Below the pieces are notes generated by a model. The model was not told where the DNA came from. It made no database searches and was given only the letters and a program-made list of their open reading frames with translations. Source: Eledone cirrhosa (lineage: Eukaryota). Taken from it: 64,000 bases of DNA. Numbering within the stretch: the first letter of the stretch is position 1; the number at the start of each line of letters is the position of its first letter. Below, in pieces: positions 54,001-64,000 of this stretch. A program made the translations under genes and the position numbers. The stretch spans positions 4,216,001 to 4,280,000 of the forward strand of contig OZ024745.1 in the NCBI GenBank assembly GCA_964016885.1, given 5' to 3'.

Positions 54001-57000
54001 TGAGAGTGCAGTGAACTGGAATAAAGTGAGAGTGCAGTAAACCAGAATAAAGTGAGAGTGCAGTGAACTGGAATAAAGTGAGAGCGCAGTGAACCGGAAT
54101 AAAGTGAGAGTGCAGTGAACTGTAATAAAGTGAGAGTGCAGTGAACTGGAATAAAGTGAGAGTGCAGTGAACCAGAATAAAGTGAGAGTGCAGTGAACTG
54201 GAATAAAGTGAGAGTGCAGTGAACTGGAATAAAGTGAGAGTGCAGTGAACCAGAATAAAGTGAGAGTGCAGTGAACTGGAATAAAGTGAGAGTGCAGTGA
54301 ATCAGAATAAAGTGAGAGTGCAGTGAACCAGAATAAAGTGAGAGTGCAGTGAACTGGAATAAAGTGAGAGTGCAGTGAACTGGAATAAAGTGAGAGTGCA
54401 GTGAACTGGAATAAAGTGAGAGTGCAGTGAACCAGAATAAAGTGAGAGTGCAGTGAACTGGAATAAAGTCAGAGTGCAGTGAACTGGAATAAAGTGAGAG
54501 TGCAGTGAACCAGAATAAAGTGAGAGTGCAGTGAACTGGAATAAAGTGAGAGTGCAGTGAACCAGAATAAAGTGAGAGTGCAGTGAACTGGAATAAAGTG
54601 AGAGTGCAGTGAATCAGAATAAAGTGAGAGTGCAGTGAACCAGAATAAAGTGAGAGTGCAGTGAACTGGAATAAAGTGAGAGTGCAGTGAACTGGAATAA
54701 AGCGAGAGTGCAGTGAACTGGAATAAAGTGAGAGTGCAGAGAACCAGAATAAAGTGAGAGTGCAGTGAACTGGAATAAAGTGAGAGTGCAGTGAACCAGA
54801 ATAAAGTGAGAGTGCAGTGAACTGGAATAAAGTGAGAGTGCAGTGAATCAGAATAAAGTGAGAGTGCAGTGAACCAGAATAAAGTAAGAGTGCAGTGAAC
54901 TGGAATAAAGTGAGAGCGCAGTGAATCAGAATAAAGTGAGAGTGCAGTGAACCAGAATAAAGTGAGAGTGCAGTGAACTGGAATAAAGTGAGAGTGCAGT
55001 GAACTGGAATAAAGTGAGAGTGCAGTGAATCAGAATAAACTGAGAGTGCAGTGAACCAGAATAAAGTAAGAGTGCAGTGAACTGGAATTAAGTGAGAGTG
55101 CAGTGAACTGGAATAAAGTGAGAGTGCAGTGAACTGGAATAAAGTGAGAGTGCAGTGAACTGGAATAAAGTGAGAGTGCAGTGAACCAGAATAAAGTGAG
55201 AGTGCAGTGAACTGGAATAAAGTGCGAGTGCAGTGAACCAGAATAAAGTGAGATTGCAGTGAACTGGAATAAAGTGACAGTGCAGTGAACTGGAATAAAG
55301 TGAGAGTGCAGTGAACCAGAATAAAGTGAGAGTGCAGTGAACTGGAATAAAGTGAGAGCGCAGTGAATCAGAATAAAGTGAGAGTGCAGTGAACTGGAAT
55401 AAAGTGAGAGTGCAGTGAATCAGAATAAAGTGAGAGCGCAGTGAACCAGAATAAAGTAAGAGTGCAGTGAACTGGAATAAAGTGAGAGTGCAGTGAACTG
55501 GAATAAAGTGAGAGTGCAGTGAACTGGAATAAAGTGAGAGTGCAGTGAACCAGAATAAAGTGAGAGTGCAGTGAACCAGAATAAAGTGAGAGTGCAGTGA
55601 ACTGGAATAAAGTGAGAGTGCAGTGAACTGGAATAAAGTGAGAGTGCAGTGAACTGGAATAAAATGAGAGTGCAGTGAAATGGAATAAAGTGAGAGCGCA
55701 GTGAATCAGAATAAAGTGATAGTGCAGTGAACTGGAATAAAGTGAGAGTGCAGTGAATCAGAATAAAGTGAGAGTACAGTGAACCAGAATAAAGTAAGAG
55801 TGCAGTGAACTAGAATAAAGTGAGAGTGCAGTGAACTGGAATAAAGTGAGAGTGCAGTGAACTGGAATAAAGTGAGAGTGCAGTGAACTGGAATAAAGTA
55901 AGAGTGCAGTGAACTAGAATAAAGTGAGAGTGCAGTGAACCAGAATAAAGTGAGAGTGCAGTGAACTGGAATAAAGTGAGAGTGCAGAGAACCAGAATAA
56001 AGTGAGAGTGCAGTGAACTGGAATAAAGTGAGAGTGCAGAGAACCAGAATAAAGTGAGAGTGCAGTGAACTGGAATAAAGTGAGAGTGCAGTGAACTGGA
56101 ATAAAGTGAGAGTGCAGTGAATCAGAATAAAGTGAGAGTGCAGTGAACTGGAATAAAGTGAGAGCGCAGTGAATCAGAATAAAGTGAGAGTGCAGCGAAC
56201 TGGAATAAAGTGAGAGTGCAGTGAACTGGAATAAAGTGAGAGTGCAGTGAACTGGAATAAAGTGAGAGTGCAGTGAACTGGAATAAAGTGAGAGTGCAGT
56301 GAACTGGAATAAAGTAAGAGTGCAGTGAACTAGAATAAAGTGAGAGTGCAGTGAACCAGCATAAAGTGAGAGTGCAGTGAACTGGAATAAAGTGAGAGTG
56401 CAGAGAACCAGAATGAAGTGAGAGTGCAGTGAACTGGAATAAAGTGAGAGTGCAGTGAATCAGAATAAAGTGAGAGTGCAGTGAACCAGAATAAAGTAAG
56501 AGTGCAGTGAACTGGAATAAAGTGAGAGTGCAGTGAACTGGAATAAAGTGAGAGTGCAGTGAACTGGAATAAAGTGAGAGTGCAGGGAACTGGAATAAAG
56601 TGAGAGTGCAGTGAACTGGAATAAAGTGAGGGTGCAGTGAACTGGAATAAAGTGAGAGTGCAGTGAACCAGAATAAAGTAAGAGTGCAGTGAACTGGAAT
56701 AAAGTGAGAGCGCAGTGAATCAGAATAAAGTGAGAGTGCAGTGAACCAGAATAAAGTGAGAGTGCAGTGAACTGGAATAAAGTGAGAGTACAGTGAACCA
56801 GAATAAAGTGAGAGTGCAGTGAACTGGAATAAAGTGAGAGCGCAGTGAATCAGAATAAAGTGAGAGTGCAGTGAACTGGAATAAAGTGAGAGCGCAGTGA
56901 ATCAGAATAAAGTGAGAGTACAGTGAACTGGAATAAAGTGAGAGTGCAGTGAATCAGAATAAAGTGAGAGCGCAGTGAACCAGAATAAAGTAAGAGTGCA

Positions 57001-60000
57001 GTGAACCAGAATAAAGTGAGAGTGCAGTGAACTGGAATAAAGTGAGAGTGCAGTGAATCAGAATAAAGTGAGAGTGCAGTGAACCAGAATAAAGTAAGAG
57101 TGCAGTGAACTGGAATAAAGTGAGAGCGCAGTGAATCAGAATAAAGTGAGAGTGCAGTGAACCAGAATAAAGTGAGAGTGCAGTGAACTGGAATAAAGTG
57201 AGAGTGCAGTGAACTGGAATAAAGTGAGAGTGCAGTGAATCAGAATAAAGTGAGAGTGCAGTGAACCAGAATAAAGTAAGAGTGCAGTGAACTGGAATTA
57301 AGTGAGAGTGCAGTGAACTGGAATAAAGTGAGAGTGCAGTGAACTGGAATAAAGTGAGAGTGCAGTGAACTGGAATAAAGTGAGAGTGCAGTGAACCAGA
57401 ATAAAGTGAGAGTGCAGTGAACTGGAATAAAGTGAGAGTGCAGTGAACCAGAATAAAGTGAGATTGCAGTGAACTGGAATAAAGCGAGAGTGCAGTGAAC
57501 TGGAATAAAGTGAGAGTGCAGTGAACCAGAATAAAGTGAGAGTGCAGTGAACTGGAATAAAGTGAGAGCGCAGTGAATCAGAATAAAGTGAGAGTACAGT
57601 GAACTGGAATAAAGTGAGAGTGCAGTGAATCAGAATAAAGTGAGAGCGCAGTGAACCAGAATAAAGTAAGAGTGCAGTGAACTGGAATAAAGTGAGAGTG
57701 CAGTGAACTGGAATAAAGTGAGAGTGCAGTGAACTGGAATAAAGTGAGAGTGCAGTGAACCAGAATAAAGTGAGAGTGCAGTGAACCAGAATAAAGTGAG
57801 AGTGCAGTGAACTGGAATAAAGTGAGAGTGCAGTGAACTGGAATAAAGTGAGAGTGCAGTGAACTGGAATAAAGTGAGAGTGCAGTGAACTGGAATAAAG
57901 TGAGAGTGCAGTGAACTGGAATAAAGTGAGAGTGCAGTGAACCAGAATAAAGTGAGAGTGCAGTGAACTGGAATAATGTGAGAGTGCAGTGAACTGGAAT
58001 AAAGTGAGAGTGCAGTGAACCAGAATAAAGTGAGAGTGCAGTGAAATGGAATAAAGTGAGAGCGCAGTGAATCAGAATAAAGTGATAGTGCAGTGAACTG
58101 GAATAAAGTGAGAGTGCAGTGAATCAGAATAAAGTGAGAGTGCAGTGAACCAGAATAAAGTAAGAGTGCAGTGAACTAGAATAAAGTGAGAGTGCAGTGA
58201 ACTGGAATAAAGTGAGAGTGCAGTGAACTGGAATAAAGTGAGAGTGCAGTGAACTGGAATAAAGTAAGAGTGCAGTGAACTAGAATAAAGTGAGAGTGCA
58301 GTGAACCAGAATAAAGTGAGAGTGCAGTGAACTGGAATAAAGTGAGAGTGCAGAGAACCAGAATAAAGTGAGAGTGCAGTGAACTGGAATAAAGTGAGAG
58401 TGCAGAGAACCAGAATAAAGTGAGAGTGCAGTGAACTGGAATAAAGTGAGAGTGCAGTGAACTGGAATAAAGTGAGAGTGCAGTGAATCAGAATAAAGTG
58501 AGAGTGCAGTGAACTGGAATAAAGTGAGAGCGCAGTGAATCAGAATAAAGTGAGAGTGCAGCGAACTGGAATAAAGTGAGAGTGCAGTGAACTGGAATAA
58601 AGTGAGAGTGCAGTGAACTGGAATAAAGTGAGAGTGCAGTGAACTGGAATAAAGTGAGAGTGCAGTGAACTGGAATAAAGTAAGAGTGCAGTGAACTAGA
58701 ATAAAGTGAGAGTGCAGTGAACCAGCATAAAGTGAGAGTGCAGTGAACTGGAATAAAGTGAGAGTGCAGAGAACCAGAATAAAGTGAGAGTGCAGTGAAC
58801 TGGAATAAAGTGAGAGTGCAGTGAATCAGAATAAAGTGAGAGTGCAGTGAACCAGAATAAAGTAAGAGTGCAGTGAACTGGAATAAAGTGAGAGTGCAGT
58901 GAACTGGAATAAAGTGAGAGTGCAGTGAACTGGAATAAAGTGAGAGTGCAGGGAACTGGAATAAAGTGAGAGTGCAGTGAACTGGAATAAAGAGAGGGTG
59001 CAGTGAACTGGAATCAAGTGAGAGTGCAGTGAACCAGAATAAAGTAAGAGTGCAGTGAACTGGAATAAAGTGAGAGCGCAGTGAATCAGAATAAAGTGAG
59101 AGTGCAGTGAACCAGAATAAAGTGAGAGTGCAGTGAACTGGAATAAAGTAAGAGTGCAGTGAACTAGAATAAAGTGAGAGTGCAGTGAACTGGAATAAAG
59201 TGAGCGTGCAGTGAACTGGAATAAAGTGAGAGTGCAGTGAACCAGAATAAAGTGAGAGTGCAGTGAACTGGAATAAAGTGAGAGTGCAGAGAACCAGAAT
59301 AAAGTGAGAGTGCAGTGAACTGGAATAAAGTGAGAGTGCAGTGAACTGGAATAAAGTGAGAGTGCAGTGAATCAGAATAAAGTGAGAGTGCAGTGAACTG
59401 GAATAAAGTGAGAGCGCAGTGAATCAGAATAAAGTGAGAGTGCAGTGAACTGGAATAAAGTGAGAGTGCAGTGAATCAGAATAAAGTGAGAGTGCAGTGA
59501 ACCAGAATAAAGTAAGAGTGCAGTGAACTGGAATAAAGTGAGAGTGCAGTGAACTGGAATAAAATGAGAGTGCAGTGAACTGGAATAAAGTGAGAGTGCA
59601 GGGAACTGGAATAAAGTGAGAGTGCAGTGAACTGGAATAAAGTGAGGGTGCAGTGAACTGGAATAAAGTGAGAGTGCAGTGAACCAGAATAAAGTAAGAG
59701 TGCAGTGAACTGGAATAAAGTGAGAGCGCAGTGAATCAGAATAAAGTGAGAGTGCAGTGAACCAGAATAAAGTTAGAGTGCAGTGAACTGGAATAAAGTG
59801 AGAGTGCAGTGAACTGGAATAAAGTGAGAGTGCAGTGAATCAGAATAAAGTGAGAGTGCAGTGAACCAGAATAAAGTAAGAGTGCAGTGAACTGGAATAA
59901 AGTGAGAGTGCAGTGAACTGGAATAAAGTGAGAGTGCAGTGAACTGGAATAAAGTAAGAGCGCAGTGAACTGGAATAAAGTGAGAGTGCAGTGAACTGGA

Positions 60001-63000
60001 ATAAAGTGAGAGTGCAGTGAACTGGAATAAAGTGAGAGTGCAGTGAACCAGAATAAAGTGAGAGTGCAGTGAACTGGAATAAAGTGAGAGCGCAGTGAAC
60101 TGGAATAAAGTGAGAGTGCAGTGAACTGGAATAAAGTAAGAGCGCAGTGAACTGGAATAAAGTGAGAGTGCAGTGAACCAGAATAAAGTGAGAGTGCAGT
60201 AAACTGGAATAAAGTGAGAGTGCAGTGAACCAGAATAAAGTGAGAGTGCAGTGAACTGGAATAAAGTGAGAGTGCAGTGAACCAGAATAAAGTGAGAGTG
60301 CAGTGAACTGGAATAAAGTGAGAGTGCAGTGAACCAGAATAAAGTGAGAGTGCAGTGAACTGGAATAAAGTGAGAGTGCAGTAAACCAGAATAAAGTGAG
60401 AGTGCAGTGAACTGGAATAAAGTGAGAGCGCAGTGAACCGGAATAAAGTGAGAGTGCAGTGAACTGTAATAAAGTGAGAGTACAGTGAACTGGAATAAAG
60501 TGAGAGTGCAGTGAACCAGAATAAAGTGAGAGTGCAGTGAACTGGAATAAAGTGAGAGTGCAGTGAACTGGAATAAAGTGAGAGTGCAGTGAACCAGAAT
60601 AAAGTGAGAGTGCAGTGAACTGGAATAAAGTGAGAGTGCAGTGAATCAGAATAAAGTGAGAGTGCAGTGAACCAGAATAAAGTGAGAGTGCAGTGAACTG
60701 GAATAAAGTGAGAGTGTAGTGAACTGGAATAAAGTGAGAGTGCAGTGAACTGGAATAAAGTGAGAGTGCAGTGAACCAGAATAAAGTGAGAGTGCAGTGA
60801 ACTGGAATAAAGTCAGAGTGCAGTGAACTGGAATAAAGTGAGAGTGCAGTGAACCAGAATAAAGTGAGAGTGCAGTGAACTGGAATAAAGTGAGAGTGCA
60901 GTGAACCAGAATAAAGTGAGAGTGCAGTGAACTGGAATAAAGTGAGAGTGCAGTGAATCAGAATAAAGTGAGAGTGCAGTGAACCAGAATAAAGTGAGAG
61001 TGCAGTGAACTGGAATAAAGTGAGAGTGCAGTGAACTGGAATAAAGCGAGAGTGCAGTGAACTGGAATAAAGTGAGAGTGCAGAGAACCAGAATAAAGTG
61101 AGAGTGCAGTGAACTGGAATAAAGTGAGAGTGCAGTGAACCAGAATAAAGTGAGAGTGCAGTGAACTGGAATAAAGTGAGAGTGCAGTGAATCAGAATAA
61201 AGTGAGAGTGCAGTGAACCAGAATAAAGTAAGAGTGCAGTGAACTGGAATAAAGTGAGAGCGCAGTGAATCAGAATAAAGTGAGAGTGCAGTGAACCAGA
61301 ATAAAGTGAGAGTGCAGTGAACTGGAATAAAGTGAGAGTGCAGTGAACTGGAATAAAGTGAGAGTGCAGTGAATCAGAATAAACTGAGAGTGCAGTGAAC
61401 CAGAATAAAGTAAGAGTGCAGTGAACTGGAATTAAGTGAGAGTGCAGTGAACTGGAATAAAGTGAGAGTGCAGTGAACTGGAATAAAGTGAGAGTGCAGT
61501 GAACTGGAATAAAGTGAGAGTGCAGTGAACCAGAATAAAGTGAGAGTGCAGTGAACTGGAATAAAGTGCGAGTGCAGTGAACCAGAATAAAGTGAGATTG
61601 CAGTGAACTGGAATAAAGTGAGAGTGCAGTGAACTGGAATAAAGTGAGAGTGCAGTGAACCAGAATAAAGTGAGAGTGCAGTGAACTGGAATAAAGTGAG
61701 AGCGCAGTGAATCAGAATAAAGTGAGAGTGCAGTGAACTGGAATAAAGTGAGAGTGCAGTGAATCAGAATAAAGTGAGAGCGCAGTGAACCAGAATAAAG
61801 TAAGAGTGCAGTGAACTGGAATAAAGTGAGAGTGCAGTGAACTGGAATAAAGTGAGAGTGCAGTGAACTGGAATAAAGTGGGAGTGCAGTGAACCAGAAT
61901 AAAGTGAGAGTGCAGTGAACCAGAATAAAGTGAGAGTGCAGTGAACTGGAATAAAGTGAGAGTGCAGTGAACTGGAATAAAGTGAGAGTGCAGTGAACTG
62001 GAATAAAATGAGAGTGCAGTGAAATGGAATAAAGTGAGAGCGCAGTGAATCAGAATAAAGTGATAGTGCAGTGAACTGGAATAAAGTGAGAGTGCAGTGA
62101 ATCAGAATAAAGTGAGAGTGCAGTGAACCAGAATAAAGTAAGAGTGCAGTGAACTAGAATAAAGTGAGAGTGCAGTGAACTGGAATAAAGTGAGAGTGCA
62201 GTGAACTGGAATAAAGTGAGAGTGCAGTGAACTGGAATAAAGTAAGAGTGCAGTGAACTAGAATAAAGTGAGAGTGCAGTGAACCAGAATAAAGTGAGAG
62301 TGCAGTGAACTGGAATAAAGTGAGAGTGCAGAGAACCAGAATAAAGTGAGAGTGCAGTGAACTGGAATAAAGTGAGAGTGCAGAGAACCAGAATAAAGTG
62401 AGAGTGCAGTGAACTGGAATAAAGTGAGAGTGCAGTGAACTGGAATAAAGTGAGAGTGCAGTGAATCAGAATAAAGTGAGAGTGCAGTGAACTGGAATAA
62501 AGTGAGAGCGCAGTGAATCAGAATAAAGTGAGAGTGCAGCGAACTGGAATAAAGTGAGAGTGCAGTGAACTGGAATAAAGTGAGAGTGCAGTGAACTGGA
62601 ATAAAGTGAGAGTGCAGTGAACTGGAATAAAGTGAGAGTGCAGTGAACTGGAATAAAGTAAGAGTGCAGTGAACTAGAATAAAGTGAGAGTGCAGTGAAC
62701 CAGCATAAAGTGAGAGTGCAGTGAACTGGAATAAAGTGAGAGTGCAGAGAACCAGAATGAAGTGAGAGTGCAGTGAACTGGAATAAAGTGAGAGTGCAGT
62801 GAATCAGAATAAAGTGAGAGTGCAGTGAACCAGAATAAAGTAAGAGTGCAGTGAACTGGAATAAAGTGAGAGTGCAGTGAACTGGAATAAAGTGAGAGTG
62901 CAGTGAACTGGAATAAAGTGAGAGTGCAGGGAACTGGAATAAAGTGAGAGTGCAGTGAACTGGAATAAAGTGAGGGTGCAGTGAACTGGAATAAAGTGAG

Positions 63001-64000
63001 AGTGCAGTGAACCAGAATAAAGTAAGAGTGCAGTGAACTGGAATAAAGTGAGAGCGCAGTGAATCAGAATAAAGTGAGAGTGCAGTGAACCAGAATAAAG
63101 TGAGAGTGCAGTGAACTGGAATAAAGTGAGAGTACAGTGAACCAGAATAAAGTGAGAGTGCAGTGAACTGGAATAAAGTGAGAGCGCAGTGAATCAGAAT
63201 AAAGTGAGAGTGCAGTGAACTGGAATAAAGTGAGAGTGCAGTGAATCAGAATAAAGTGAGAGCGCAGTGAACCAGAATAAAGTAAGAGTGCAGTGAACTG
63301 GAATAAAGTGAGAGTGCAGTGAACTGGAATAAAGTGAGAGTGCAGTGAACTGGAATAAAGTGAGAGTGCAGTGAACCAGAATAAAGTGAGAGTGCAGTGA
63401 ACCAGAATAAAATGAGAGTGCAGTGAACTGGAATAAAGTGAGAGTGCAGTGAACTGGAATAAAGTGAGAGTGCAGTGAACTGGAATAAAGTGAGAGTGCA
63501 GTGAACTGGAATAAAGTGAGAGTGCAGTGAACCAGAATAAAGTGAGAGTGCAGTGAACTGGAATAATGTGAGAGTGCAGTGAACTGGAATAAAGTGAGAG
63601 TGCAGTGAACCAGAATAAAGTGAGAGTGCAGTGAACTGGAATAAAGTGAGAGCGCAGTGAATCAGAATAAAGTGAGAGTGCAGTGAACTGGAATAAAGTG
63701 AGAGTGCAGTGAATCAGAATAAAGTGAGAGTGCAGTGAACCAGAATAAAGTAAGGGTGCAGTGAACTGGAATAAAGTGAGAGTGCAGTGAACTGGAATAA
63801 AGTGAAAGTGCAGTGAACTGGAATAAAGTGAGAGTGCAGTGAACTGGAATAAAGTAAGAGTGTAGTGAACTAGAATAAAGTGAGAGTGCAGTGAACTGGA
63901 ATAAAGTGAGAGTGCAGTGAACCAGAATAAAGTGAGAGTACAGTGAACTGGAATAAAGTGAGAGTGCAGAGAACCAGAATAAAGTGAGAGTGCAGTGAAC
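12039..64000. repeat. 26-bp tandem satellite array, ~2,000 monomers, >=52 kb, continuing past the window end
   Basis: Consensus GAGAGTGCAGTGAACTGGAATAAAGT, with major variants ACTGG/ACCAG/ATCAG, GTGAG/GTAAG and GTGCA/GCGCA. The register at 12061 equals that at 63541 (51,480 = 1,980 x 26). Confidence 0.99.
19621..64000. repeat. 26,520-bp (1,020-monomer) tandem duplication within the satellite: copy 1 ~19621-46140, copy 2 ~46141 to beyond the window end
   Basis: Rare variants recur at exactly +26,520: cagtataaag 19671/46191, ataaaaagag 23991/50511, aaagtgacag 28751/55271, agagagggtg 32471/58991 and ggagtg 35361/61881. ORF pairs 19806/46326, 25962/52482 and 32306/58826 share the same offset. 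Confidence 0.95.

Noticed and set aside
12033-59017. Minus-strand ORFs of up to 346 aa with the repeat HSHFIPVHCTLTLFQFTALSLYSSSL
   Set aside because: Three 26-bp monomers give a stop-free 26-aa cycle. Starts come from sporadic point variants, and stops mostly from ATCAG monomers (TGA on the minus strand) falling in frame. There is no unique coding sequence or gene context.
12039-64000. CRISPR-like array
   Set aside because: The monomers abut directly with no unique spacers, there are no cas genes, and the context is eukaryotic.
12039-64000. Telomeric repeat or proven centromere
   Set aside because: There is no TTAGGG/TTAGG motif. Centromeric function cannot be inferred from sequence alone.
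12039-64000. Plus-strand TGCAG|14 nt|GTGAG as a tandem microexon array
   Set aside because: The implied introns would be 12 nt and purine-rich with no polypyrimidine tract, and the 14-nt exon is not frame-preserving.

Overview
Eukaryotic, repeat-dominated DNA with no recognisable host gene. The retroposon repertoire resembles octopus/cephalopod repeats, but that taxon is an inference. Bases 1-12,038 are a patchwork of decayed transposable elements: RTE-clade LINE relics with (GAT)n tails, a ~3 kb minus-strand CR1-clade LINE with frameshifted APE and RT domains, tRNA/CORE-type SINEs, two TA-flanked Tc1/mariner-superfamily MITEs, and three small minisatellites (48, 50 and 15 bp) that grew out of retroposon sequence. 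From ~12,039 to the window end lies one uninterrupted 26-bp satellite (consensus GAGAGTGCAGTGAACTGGAATAAAGT, ~2,000 units, >=52 kb). It shows no net indel, a linked three-state variant code, and nested duplications of 29, 244, 262, 280/309 and 1,020 monomers. The array appears to start inside a SINE head. Each monomer carries AATAAA on the + strand and an MRE-consensus TGCRCNC on the - strand. ORFs inside the array are repeat artefacts.
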